A DNA stretch of 63,530 nt, filler included, from Lenisia limosa (GCA_001655205.1; 17 parts of 17 records of this genome joined end to end with filler, not necessarily neighbours in it), one strand, 5' to 3'; counted from the first letter of the whole stretch, positions 12,401 through 24,109 are shown. Numbers and translations: made by a program. The notes: a model not told the origin generated them from the sequence alone.

Positions 12401-14073
12401 NNNNNNNNNNNNNNNNNNNNNNNNNNNNNNNNNNNNNNNNNNNNNNNNNNNNNNNNNGCTTTAGTGCCATAAAAAAAATTTTTTGTGTTACTTAACATCA
12501 TTGATTGGTGCATTAATATTTGACTCAAATCAAGATTTCTGACAAACATTATGATAGGGACGGCTTCGGCCAGATTCTCTTGTCAGTATCTCTTATTATA
12601 ATCTATTCTCCTCTTTTTAAACATAATAGGATGATATTAGGGTGGTCATTCAATATTCACAGATATATGGACGATACATTATATATATCATATAATATAG
12701 CTATATATATAAGTTTTCCCATGAGGGGGGGGGGGGGTCNNNNNNNNNNNNNNNNNNNNNNNNNNNNNNNNNNNNNNNNNNNNNNNNNNNNNNNNNNNNN
12801 NNNNNNNNNNNNNNNNNNNNNNNNNNNNNNNNNNNNNNNNNNNNNNNNNNNNNNNNNNNNNNNNNNNNNNNNNNNNNNNNNNNNNNNNNNNNNNNNAGAT
12901 TTTAATTCTGCTTTCTGGACAATTATATATCGAAAATATATAGAAACAAGTATGAATGTATATTAATCAAAAAAATTGCGTTGAAAAACAAAGATTTGTA
13001 AGGGGTATTTGTTGACAAATTTTTAAAATAAATATATTACTATATCTATCGAAATGTATTTATCTTCATGGGGTCATGGGGTCAGGCCAACAAACTTATA
13101 TTATGTATTGGATGACCGCCCTTACTCATATATACAGATTCATTGTTTACTGAGAAACTTATTAGCTTTTACAGGTTAGTAGTAACATACAGCACACTAT
13201 TCCCAAATAAATCCCCTTACTAACCGGTGCAGCGGGGCCAGCAGCAACAGGCTCAAAGCTATCCTCAGTCCCAGAGCTACCCCCCACAACAGGTACGCGT
13301 ACTGTTTACTGTAGGGCTTTTTTATTGCAAAATGGCGCTGAAGTTCATAGCTTCTTTCATAGTGGATATATGATATGTATGCCTGATCCTTTACGCCAAC
13401 CTAAAAATGATTTTGGGGTTATTTATTGCATAAATTTTCAATTTTGACGACTTGCGTGGGCTTGAGTTAATTTTGGCTTNNNNNNNNNNNNNNNNNNNNN
13501 NNNNNNNNNNNNNNNNNNNNNNNNNNNNNNNNNNNNNNNNNNNNNNNNNNNNNNNNNNNGCCTCCACAACAGGTTTGTTATTTCCCCCGAAAGTCTGACT
13601 TAGGGTCCAAATTACGGGTTAGGAATCTAGTCTGGTCCAAGTTTCAATGAATCTGGGGTTGTTCTGTCAATACTAATGATGGGGTGGATGGACGGCTTCA
13701 TGTTTTAATTACTATCTGATGGTTTAATACAGTTCTATTTTCCTTATTTTGAGATATAATTTTTCCATTGTTATCCTATTTTGCGCATTATCCAGGCATT
13801 TTAACCCGTCTTTTCAGCCGGCGTACGGACAGCCACCCCCACAGTACTCACAACAGCCGCAGTATCAGCCTCCCCAGGTTAGCTAATCGATTGGATTACC
13901 TGCAAAAATATTGTGAAGTCTTTATTCCTGTCTTTCATCGAAATCTCCTTCACTTACCCCCGCAGCAAGGATACCAGCAACAACAATCTGGGTATCCACA
14001 ACAACAACAGGGCTATCCCCCTCAACAGAACTATCCCCCTCAACAGCAGGGTTATGCCGCTGCCGCTTATTAG
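9454..14073 (+). CDS. Predicted type I membrane protein: signal peptide, Cys-rich (PSI-like) ectodomain, TM segment, Cys cluster, P/Q/Y-rich tail
   Basis: Spliced reading: MRNHSYFLLLLLVVLSLGSNAFAQCSRKTTACACTDDPLCELC...CLDKPTCGSCTIDVGGW...; then GGLFAVVTGGAVLVV; HHRCCCHPHAACNGCCG; end QPPPQYSQQ...YPPQQQGYAAAAY*. Joining all these exons into one gene is inferred. Confidence 0.55.
10735..10835. repeat. ~27-bp tandem repeat (atcatcttcat...gtccc(c/t)att), about 3.5 units
   Basis: Directly visible in the sequence. Confidence 0.8.
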
Positions 14074-15082
14074 TGTTTCTTTTGTAATATTCAGTTTTGA
14101 AATGGTCCATCATCAGTTGTTTGTTTTTGGGGAGTAAGAATTCACAGTTTTGTGCAGAAGGCCTGCGCTCTCTTTTTGATGATGTTTTTTAGCGTAACCC
14201 CCGAAGCCCAAATATTGAATTAAAAAAAATATGAATCTTGCTGAGAAAAAACGTTCATCTCAGTTTATTGGAATGATCTCAACAAATAGCACTTGAATTC
14301 TAATCCAAGTAAATGAAAAAACTTCATCTAAGATATCCCATAATAACACTGCGGGTCCATCCTTCGTGCTGATTTGAAACGGAGAGGGTCGCTGAAGAGA
14401 TAAGAAGACGAGCGGTGATGAGAACTGAAAGTTTGATTGCAATAAAATCTTTTCAATCAAACTTTAAGTTCTCATCACCCTTCTTATCTTTTCAGAGGGG
14501 GGGGGGGGGGGNNNNNNNNNNNNNNNNNNNNNNNNNNNNNNNNNNNNNNNNNNNNNNNNNNNNNNNNNNNNNNNNNNNNNNNNNNNNNNNNNCTCTGACA
14601 TAGCAGACTAGAAAATGCCATTAAAATATATTGGCAGACATTTACCATACAGAGGAACAATAGTATACAAGCTAAAGCCCTTCACACAAAGATAAAAAAG
14701 CTGGCTATTTTGGGGGCTGGCGAGAGAGGATCATTTCGTCATCATCATTGGTTGCTGGCTTCCTGTTTGGTTAATTATATGTATCGATCATCGGCACCAT
14801 CCAACATTCATAAATACCTTCCGATAGTATAAGGCGCCCTATCTGAGTGTGAACACCAATACGCTGGCCAACCATTTTTTGAAGAAATCTTCCCATTTTG
14901 CCCAGAAAACGCTTTAATTACACCGTCAGACTTCCGGATAAAGATAAAAATGTAGTAAATAAACCCAAAAATACATATCATTTTTTTGTTTTTTTTCAGT
15001 TCACGGAAATGAACTGAACTGAACTTTTGCCTTTAATGACGCGCATCTTTTGCTCAGAATTCTTTTTTTGCTTCAGAGCCTT

Positions 15083-15165
15083 GCGTGGATAGCGGAGTAG
15101 GTGACAGTGTTGACCGATGCATTGGAAGTCCGGGTTCAATTCCCAGCTGAAATATTTTTTTTTTT
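15083..15165 (+). ncRNA. tRNA-like Pol III cassette (A box, B box, oligo-T) inside the transposon; not a canonical tRNA
   Basis: TAGCGGAGTAGG at 15090-15101 and GGTTCAATTCC at 15133-15143 with tRNA-like spacing; T-arm CCGGG-TTCAATT-CCCAG; T11 at 15155-15165. The acceptor stem does not pair canonically. Confidence 0.55.
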
Positions 15166-15469
15166 GGAAATATATACTCTTAGGTGAACTTTAACCCGTT
15201 GAAGGTGCCAGCAGAATGGGCAAAAAATATAAGCTTTACTGATTTAACTTTGAAAGAAGCAGTTCTCTCGTTGTATTATAAAGATGAAGATGGTCTCATT
15301 ACTGTTAAGATGTTGGATGAATTCTTTGTGGATGCTAACAAAGATGAGATTTCTGATATTATTGCCAATAATGTGTTTTAAAAACTGCCAAAATGGGCTC
15401 TTCCCTCAGTAAGGAAAATTTGAGAGAATGAATTTTCAAAACTGGTCTACTATATAGGTTTGATTTTCA

Positions 15470-17425
15470 ATCTCTAACATCGATAAAAACCATTAATGAT
15501 ATTCGCGGTCCTAATGGGGAGAAATTTTCACAGCGTCAGTTGGCTTCACTGTTTGGTGTTTCACTTGGGGCAATGAATAAATATTTAAAACTAACGTGGG
15601 GTTTGTCTCCAAAAAAGTCTGGCGGGCAAAAACATTTGGAAGATGGTGAAGAACTTACTCTGTTGGCTGGTCTTCTACATGCTGCTTATAATAATGTTGC
15701 TGTCACTAAATCTGACATTATTGAAAAGGTTTGCAATATAAAAATCTAATTTCTAGGGTGAAAATATTTACAAGACTCTTTTACAAGACTCTTTTCCCTG
15801 AAAAAGCATGCCCCAATTTTACAGACTGCTGGGTAAAAGGTTTCATGGAAAGGCACAAAGATTGGAATATATATTTTGGGGAAGGCTTTATAGTTTGTAT
15901 TCGTAATTCGTGTAGAAATCACGCTATGTTGAATCATCATATATGAGTGAGGAGCTGCCTGCTAAAATACAGCAATATTTTGCTACTGTATTTGAGGTTT
16001 CTCTCAAAAATAATATTAATCAATGCTCTTCATCAATGCTGATGAAACCTTCAAGGTGCCTCAGATGATACTAATATCAAAGTGTTTCGCCTTAGTGATC
16101 TTAAAGACGGTTTTACAAAATCTTTTGGGAAAGTAGAGCATACNNNNNNNNNNNNNNNNNNNNNNNNNNNNNNNNNNNNNNNNNNNNNNNNNNNNNNNNN
16201 NNNNNNNNNNNNNNNNNNNNNNNNNNNNNNNNNNNNNNNNNNNNNNNNNNNNNNNNNNNNNNNNNNNNNNNNNNNNNNNNNNNNNNNNNNNNNNNNNNNN
16301 NNNNNNNNNNNNNNNNNNNNNNNNNNNNNNNNNNNNNNNNNNNNNNNNNNNNNNNNNNNNNNNNNNNNNNNNNNNNNNNNNNNNNNNNNNNNNNNNNNNN
16401 NNTCTCTTTATTACATTGTAGTGTGTTGATCTATCATTGGGTTGTCAACATAGTAGTTCCTCATGTACAAAAAACTCGAGACATTCATGGGCTTCCTTCT
16501 GATGCTATGGCTTTGTTGGATTTGGATCAACATTCATCCCGCTTAAATCCTGCTGCTCTGAATGTCTTACTTGATAATAATATCAAATGCATTACAAAGG
16601 CTTCACATAGCTCGTATCTTACTCAAATGATGGATGTTGGTCCCTATGGTCCATACAAGAAAAAGCTTCAGAAGTACATGCGTTTGTCAAGAAAAAAAAT
16701 GAAGACAGGTGAAGGTGTGAATCGTTCTCTTGAAATTCGAAAATGCATCATTGGTGCTTCATTAAAGTCATATGAAACCACTCACCCTGACACAATTCGT
16801 TCAGGATTTGCTTTGGCTGGGAAGGTTGTTGAAAATGGACAGTTGTTTTTTAATCCTGATGCTGTATTAAAAAGAGTTATAATCAAAAGGCTCTGACTTC
16901 ACCTTTGACTCCACCTAGAAGAAAATCATTGGAATCTGTGGAACTAACCAGTCCTCGTACTTTGAAATTTTTGGAGCAATCAAAACATGGTGATATGGAT
17001 ACTGTTGAAAAAGTTGCCAAACTCAAGGATATGGCTGATTTGAAAACCAAAGAGTCACTTGAAAGACATCATGTTTGTGCTGAATCAGGTGAACTTCCTT
17101 GGGCTAATAATTCCATGCTGTACTCAAAAGATCCTACTGCTGGCTTTGGTGACGATGATAATGTGGTAATTGAAAGAGGTCAAAATATTGTCCCAATCAT
17201 TACAGAGGAGGAAGCATTTAGAGAAATTGTGAAGAAACGGATTCAAGAAGAGGCTGATAAAGCTAAAGAAGACAGAAGGAAGAAAAACCGACTGAATGAT
17301 GCTGATGGAATTGAGGAAGGGCCGTGGGGGGAGAGGTAGAGGTAGAGGAAGAGGTACTGCTGCTGTGGTTGTTGATGACAATTCTCCTGTAACTGCTCGC
17401 GGCACCTGTGCTCGTGGTCGCTAGT
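15470..17425 (+). pseudogene. pogo/Fot1-like DD35D transposase, frameshifted
   Basis: HTH FSQRQLASLFGVSLGAM; CENP-B-type HTH FTDCWVKGFMERH; catalytic FINADET, LDLDQHSSR and QMMDVGPYGPYK with 35 residues between the 2nd and 3rd Asp; IRSGFALAG. Disrupted by a 13-nt duplication (15768-15793) and 1-nt indels near 16030, 16885 and 17325. Confidence 0.9.
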
Positions 17426-18015
17426 CTTGTTTCAATACATTTTATTTGAAGATTAGCTTCAGGTGCCTTTCCAATCAACAAGTAATGAAATATCATTTTA
17501 ATTTTCAGTTCAGCTTTAATGATCAAGATATTTGTGAGTAAAGTGATTACATCCCCTTTTTCTTGAAGCCTGATTAGGGTAATTGAGTTTTTGAGTAAAA
17601 ATGGGGGATTTTTTTCAAAAAAATAGTTGGCCAGTGTTCACACTCAGATTGGTGTTCACACTCAGATAGGGCGCCTTATTATACATTGTAATGCCCCGAT
17701 CTGACACCCCTCCCCCTCATACATTCCGATTTTACCTCCACCCTCCCAACCTAATGGGTTTGGTTGCAGGTTTCTTTGCCTTTTGGGGAGAAGACGAGCG
17801 CTAAAGAAGTGAAGGTTTTATGCCCGTATGACTGTATGACTGGGTTTTGTGTTTTTTGCAGTAACGTNNNNNNNNNNNNNNNNNNNNNNNNNNNNNNNNN
17901 NNNNNNNNNNNNNNNNNNNNNNNNNNNNNNNNNNNNNNNNNNNNNNNNNNNNNNNNNNNNNNNNNNNNNNNNNNNNNNNNNNNNNNNNNNCCATCTTCAT
18001 CATAACCACCAATAA

Positions 18016-18132
18016 TACCTTCGCTGTCCTTGGCCTCTTAGCAGTTGTTGATTTCGCTGCAGGTTTGCTTGGCGTTGGTTTGGCTGCAGGTTTTGCCTTG
18101 GGTTTTGCAGAGGACGATTGCGAGACCTTCAT
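18016..18132 (-). CDS. First exon of a Lys/Pro/Ala-rich protein
   Basis: MKVSQSSSAKPKAKPAAKPTPSKPAAKSTTAKRPRTAK followed by a GT donor. Confidence 0.4.
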
Positions 18133-18646
18133 GGTAATGGAATTGAAATAGCACTTCAGTTAATACACCAAAAGAAAACCAAAACCACCACAACAAAATT
18201 GGGATATAGTATGTGATGGTGATGACTNNNNNNNNNNNNNNNNNNNNNNNNNNNNNNNNNNNNNNNNNNNNTTAATTAATTAANNNNNNNNNNNNNNNNN
18301 NNNNNNNNNNNNNNNNNNNNNNNNNNNTGTTAAACATGTTAGTTCTAAATGTTCATAAAGTTAGGTGAGGATAACCTTAGGCGAATTTGGGTCAAGAACA
18401 GCATTATTAGTTGGTTCTTTCCTTATAAGGCAATCGTTTCCATCAAAATTTTTAACTTGACAATAGTCATATATTTAGAAATCCAAAAATGCTACCAAGA
18501 TAAGGGCAAAATAAGGTATCCCATTCATTTTCTGTGGCTGTATGGTCATTTTTTGGCTTGTTCGCGGTTTTAATCATGTTCGCGGTTTTAATCATGTTCG
18601 CGTATATATCATATATGATGTATTTATTAACATGACTCTCTTTAGT

Positions 18647-19487
18647 TCCAAAAAACGAGGGCAGATGAGCTGAAGCAGCAGAAAATCAAGGCAGTTCAGG
18701 CCCAGCAGCGAAAGCAGCAGGACCAAGTGGTGGGGGGGGGGGGATTTTTGTGTCCTCTTTGAACATTCTGAATTAGTGACTTCAATTTGAAGATATCTTA
18801 ATTTAGGACCTTGAGCAATGTATATTATGCGCTGAAATTCAAAAGGAATCTTACAATTTACCCTTTCCACATTTCTTGCAATTTTCTTCTCCGATTACTC
18901 TATAATAAAAGGCTTTTCAATTTTTTTTTCTGATATTTTTTTGGATAGGAGTGAAGTGCAACTGTTTAACCCGTTTCAGAAAGCTGTAAACGAAGCCCAT
19001 CAAAGGCAAGTGGCGATGCAGTTACAGGTGAGTACACACTATACATAGGGCTTCACTTCGGTTCAAAAAAAGACTGAATTTCTCGATAAATACTCGAAAA
19101 CTATCGATATTTTGCCGGTCTTTTTCGAACCGAAGTGAAGCCCCAGCTATACCCCCCTCTCTCTCTCTTATCCATACCTCTCCTTCTCCCCTGAGAGAGG
19201 GGTGTGCTTCCCTCCGGCCCCAATTTCTCGATAAATCCTCAATAACTATCGACACTTGACTGACCTTTTCTGACTGTAGGTGCTCATAATTGAATTTAAA
19301 ACTCCCTGATATATCCACTGTTCATCGATATTTCCTTAATTTTACCCCCAACAGCAACAACAACAGCTTCAAATGAGGCAGCAGAAACAGAGATACCAGC
19401 AACTGCAGCAGCAGCAACAGTTGCAACAGCACGTACTCCAACAACAGATGGTGCTGCAACGCGAAGAGGCGATCAGAGTGGGACTTG
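18647..19487 (+). CDS. Gln-rich hypothetical protein, three internal exons
   Basis: AG/GT exons FQKTRADELKQQKIK..., SEVQLFNPFQKAVNEAHQRQVAMQLQ and QQQQLQMRQQKQRYQQ.... Confidence 0.6.
19046..19145. mobile_element. MITE family A copy
   Basis: Full TIRs; flanks actataca/gctatacc (6/8); lies in an intron. Confidence 0.9.
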
Positions 19488-19504
19488 GGTAGTTCTGTGG
19501 CCAC

Positions 19505-19600
19505 TAGGGCTTCACTTTGGTTTGAACAATTCCGAGAAACGATAGTTTTCGAGGATTTATCGAGAAATGCGGTCTTTTTTCAAACCGAAGTGAAGCCCTA
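19505..19600. mobile_element. MITE family A copy with perfect 8-bp TSD
   Basis: gtggccac-TAGGGCTTCAC...GTGAAGCCCTA-gtggccac. Confidence 0.92.
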
Positions 19601-19618
19601 GTGGCCACCTACTGTCAC

Positions 19619-19740
19619 GTACGCTGGAGTGATGGGATGCGGTGCTGCAGAAGCGACTGGCCTTGGCTTGTTTTGTGTTGTTGTTATCAACCCTTGTGTG
19701 TTGTCAGCCAACAGAGTGATTTGGGATTTTTAAAAAAATA
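19619..19740 (+). repeat. Intronic repeat module G (longest clean copy)
   Basis: GTACGCTGGAGTGATGGGATGCGGTGCTGCAGAAGCGACTGGCC..TATCAACCCTTGTGTGTTGTCAGCCAACAGAG.TGATTTGGG. Other copies: 8149-8200(-), 11107-11213, 36722-36860, 42374-42433, 45065-45135, 45164-45180, 52410-52564(-), 61382-61398(-). Confidence 0.92.
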
Positions 19741-21400
19741 ATTNNNNNNNNNNNNNNNNNNNNNNNNNNNNNNNNNNNNNNNNNNNNTTAATTAATTAAN
19801 NNNNNNNNNNNNNNNNNNNNNNNNNNNNNNNNNNNNNNNNNNNCAATGATAATAAATGCTTCACTAACCTTATTCTGCACGAGGCTTGCCATCTGTTGCT
19901 TTAGCCGCTCGATTTCGTTTTCCAAATGCACAACCTGAGAGGGAGTAAAACAGACTAAAACAAACAAAATGACCCAGTTGGCTAAACAAAGGAATATGGG
20001 AGGTTGTAAGACTTTAAGAATTGGCAGGAGAAACAAATAGCATTTCACATGTATAGATATACATGTAGTCTATACATTGTGTTGAAGAGATATATTAAGT
20101 AGCTCATAATACCATAGCTATATTTTGTGAATGCAAAGCCGAGCAATGGGGAATCCATAATTTACCTGAGAATTCTGAGCAGGCGGGGTCAATGGTTGTC
20201 GTGTGCTGAGATGTGAGAAATAAAAGACATACTAAATATAAAAACTTTGAGAAAACACGTGAGAAATGGGCACTCAAGTAGGAAACAACGAAAAGATAGC
20301 AATGCGAGGGGACAGCATAATACCCCCTTAATACACGATAATATATATCCTCTGAAAGCAGCTAGCATCCGTAGCCCAATTACCTACGCCCTCTGCTTGA
20401 ACCGTGTCCGCGACTCTGAGTTAGTGAGACAAACTAGATATCACAGTCTTTCGATGATTGATAAGAACACTTCGCATAGCAATGATGAAAGTGTCAATGA
20501 TGATAAGATACACTATAAAATTGATTTTGAGAGATCCCTGCAGAATAAGTGAAGGGTAATACAAATTAACACAATTTGACAATAACTTCAGCATAGGCAT
20601 TCCGTACTGTGACACAAGAAAGCAGCCAAACCAAGCCCTAGAGTCCTAGGGCTACTAACTCATACTTTTACAAGACGGCGCTTCGGTAACGTAATTGGGG
20701 AACACGGGTTCTACTCCGTTAGCAACGCCCATGTAATAATACTCTAACTCACTCAAACCCTCGTGGTATCTTCATTCATCATTTCGACTCGAAAGTCGAT
20801 CATATGATAATACCACAAGTGCATATCATCTGGGTCAACACTTCATATGATTATAAAGTAGATTGGGATATCATATCACAAAAGGACTGATGTGATGATG
20901 GATGTATTTGCCACATCTTCACGAGCTCATGACGAATTATTGAACTACTGATTGTACGATGTAACAATATTATCGCCAAATAAAAGAATGTCTTAGCGAA
21001 AGTAATCAATGTCATCATTTAAAGCTAACCTGAACGGCAGGTTTATACTGCGACCGGGGCGGAGTGAATTTGGCTGTGGGTCCCCTCACCCGTCGTCTAC
21101 AGCGTCAGAGGTGGGGTGTGATAGGGGTGATGGGATTTGGTAACTGAATATGTTGACAATCAGGAATAAAAACTCAAGTCTAAGGTGGAAGCCCTTCATA
21201 TCTTAAGATATCATATGATACGTAGAAAAGAAAGTACCTGGCCGAAGCCGTCCACACCATCACATTTATGAGAGATATTGAACAACAACGCAAGCATGCT
21301 AAAGTCACCATGGAGCAGACCTTTGGCCGGGATTAAGTGGCGATGGGTAGTCTGCAGGTGTTTGTTTGAAGTGAACAGAACCCTAAACAATTGTTAATAT

Positions 21401-21494
21401 TGGGACTTTACTTCGGTTCAAAAAAAACTGAAAATAAATCCTCGAAAACTATCAATATTTTCCCCGAGTTTTTTCGAACTGAAGTGAAGCCCTA
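21401..21494. mobile_element. MITE family A copy (degenerate)
   Basis: Both TIRs recognisable; TSD not recoverable. Confidence 0.75.
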
Positions 21495-21560
21495 GAACAC
21501 GATGAGTTCTTCTTTCCTTTGTACAAAACGTCTTTATAATTTGAATGTCTTTTGTTTTTT

Positions 21561-21658
21561 TTGGGCTTCCCTACGGCAATAGACCGTTATAATATCTATG
21601 TATATTTCGAGAATTATTCGAGAAAATTAGTCTGTTTTGGGACCGTAGGGAAGCCTTA
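21561..21658. mobile_element. MITE subfamily B (TIR GGG(C/T)TTCCCTACGGTCCCAAAAAAGAC)
   Basis: Inverted ends gggcttccctacgg...ccgtagggaagcc. Other copies: 37621-37693 (complete), and 509-597, 26764-26850 and ~55850-55925 (partial). Confidence 0.8.
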
Positions 21659-21809
21659 GTTATACAGATATAAAATTGTTCTTTGACCAATCAAATTGGC
21701 ATTTTAACATTCAAGTAAGCATGTACTTGTTCCACTTTACTACACGCGCACAATATCACATAAAATACTGTGTTACAACAGAACAAATAGAGTAGAGAAC
21801 CCAACAACC

Positions 21810-23452
21810 ACCCTACCCTGGGAATAGTGCAAGGTAGAGAATGCGGGTGGGCCTCAAAGCCCTTCTCTTTAGTCAAGTGCTTTTTCTGAAACTGTGAGTC
21901 TCCCAATCCCAAATTTGTGTAAAGCAGCAACGACCACTCCCCTCCATTGGGATTACACTATTTGGCATTTTGCACTAATTCAAGGTTTTAGGCTAATTCA
22001 CCCCCCCCCACCACGCCAAAAGGACCCGGGGCGACTGAGGGAGGNNNNNNNNNNNNNNNNNNNNNNNNNNNNNNNNNNNNNNNNNNNNNNNNNNNNNNNN
22101 NNNNNNNNNNNNNNNNNNNNNNNNNNNNNNNNNNNNNNNNNNNNNNNNNNNNNNNNNNNNNNNNNNNNNNNNNNNNNNNNNNNNNNNNNNNNNNNAGATA
22201 TGTAATACATGTATGAAAGAAAGACCCAGAATCAACATGACAGAAAGACTCTGTTTGCAAAACATCAATATTGATTACTAACCATGGAATGAGACAGTGA
22301 GAGGTCTTGTGACATCTGAGGCACTTGCTAATTGGATAAGACATATGGGAGAATACTGCAACCAACTGGTCGAAGCCGTCCANNNNNNNNNNNNNNNNNN
22401 NNNNNNNNNNNNNNNNNNNNNNNNNNNNNNNNNNNNNNNNNNNNNNNNNNNNNNNNNNNNNNNNNNNNNNNNNNNNNNNNNNNNNNNNNNNTAAGAGATA
22501 TTGGATTATAGTATCTGGCCGTCACACCATCACGCTTATAAGAGAAATTGGAGTGTTGTAGTAGAATACTAATTCACCCGCTGTATAGGGAAAATGAGAA
22601 ACCTCAGCACTCACTTCAAAGAAAACTGTAATTACCTCTCTCTCTCTCTAGTTCTCCCTCCCTTCCCCACCCTCTCACCTTCCTCGGGAAAATGGGGAAT
22701 TGAGACGACACGCGGTCGTAAAGGCCTGACAGAAGGCTCCCTCCTGCCTCCTTGATGTGTGCAATGGTGCTCTCGACCTGGTAGGAGGAGTGAAGGAGTT
22801 TTGCAGCAAAAAACAAAACATAAAAACAAACAGCAATACAGACTTTCCATTAAAAATGATGAGTGGACTCCTTTTGTAGATACAATACAACCAAATTGCA
22901 GCGAAAGCGTTATTCTTTGAACCTCTAACGGCTGTAACTGTTTACAGCAATACCATCAGAAGACACTGTTCAACTGCGACACAGCAATGGTATTCGACCT
23001 CTCTTGGTTTAGGCAATTAGTACACATTGTATTATTTTCCCGGATTAGCAGAGACCCTCATAATGCACAGATCCAGCACACCTCACTGATATGATAACGG
23101 ATGAGAGTGCGTGAACAAAATAACAGAATGCTGTGGAATTGTTTTAAGTACTCTAAGTGCTTTCTTATATATCAACTCTCAACAAATCAGAAAGCAGCAC
23201 CAAAGCGAAACAATAGTCACTCACCTTTGTTGGCTGTACGGGAGTGGGAACAGGTCTCACACGCACTGGTTTATGATCGCGGTCATGGAATTCCAACTCG
23301 TAGTTGCGTAGTCCTCTGTGGCTCTGAGACGGCTTCACGAGATCATTCATTGACATGGGCCCTTCTTGGGATCCGTGAGAGCGGTTGAGCTTGGATTGGA
23401 GCCGATCATGGTCGATTCGCACTGATCGGCGTTTTGGCCGTGGCTTCACCAT
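21810..23452 (-). CDS. Hypothetical protein exons
   Basis: AG/GT-bounded open exons such as VESTIAHIKEAGGSLLSGLYDRVSSQFPIFPRK and FQKKHLTKEKGFEAHPHSLPCTIPR. No domain recognised. Confidence 0.4.
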
Positions 23453-24109
23453 GTTGTGCTGCGATGGAGATGTTCTCCGCGCTAATGCACTTCAGGTGTT
23501 ATTATAGAAATAAAGACGATGAAGATGGATCGAAAGAGGCTCTTCCATTTTTCAAACGAAACGAAAAGGATGTCTTTCCCCGGTCCGGGTAGTAATCTTG
23601 TGTTCCCCTTCCCGAAATACCCACGGGGCTCAGCCCGGTCACAGTCCGGGTACAGACCTCTATAACATTCCCAGCAGCTCAGGGTCAATCCGGCCCGTGT
23701 TACTTGTTGCCTGGGTGTAGCCCGGGCCACGGGAACCTATAACATACAATAATAAGCTCTCTTTCCTCTTCATTTCATACACAAACTAATGATATAGTCA
23801 TATCATTGCGAAAGACCTTCAACTGCTCCCCCCTGCGCTCTTTTTCTTGATTTTTGGCAGTAAGGAAGACAGTTATATCTTTTCTCGTTTGATTCGTTTT
23901 CTTCAACGCTATTACAACTTGATTTAGTGATTTAGCGCTTTAGCAGTGATATAGAGTTGCCATTTCATACAACTCTTTCTCTGCCTTGTTTGCTGCAGTG
24001 CCTCATATGTGAGTGTTCTGAACTATCACACTAATATACATGTATATAAAGACCTATTTATACAAAAAGAAATACAAATCTACAAACACTGCACTTAGGC
24101 CAAGGCGGC

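Larger units (their letters stand above)
14827..17681 (+). mobile_element. pogo-type (IS630-Tc1-mariner clan) DNA transposon, ~2.85 kb, decayed
   Basis: Perfect 32-bp inverted repeat ATAAGGCGCCCTATCTGAGTGTGAACACCAAT at 14829-14860 and 17648-17679, with imperfect extension over ~100 bp. TA lies just outside both ends, and a transposase sits inside. Confidence 0.92.

Noticed and set aside
15083-15155. Functional tRNA gene
   Set aside because: The acceptor stem (gcgtgga vs ctgaaat) and D stem do not pair and there is no clean 7-nt anticodon loop. Kept only as a tRNA-like cassette.
14827-17681. pogo element as the mobiliser of MITE families A, B, C or E
   Set aside because: The TIR sequences are unrelated, and A/B show 8-bp rather than TA target duplications.
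19619-19700. Module G as a tRNA-derived SINE
   Set aside because: TGGAGTGATGG is only a partial A-box match and no convincing B box, A-tail or TSD is visible. Not supported, though not excluded.
20900-21010. Stop-codon reassignment suggested by interrupted frames here, at 46990-47220 and at 58392
   Set aside because: Securely identified genes terminate normally at TAA, and conserved Trp/Gln residues use standard codons. Decay or non-coding sequence is the simpler explanation.
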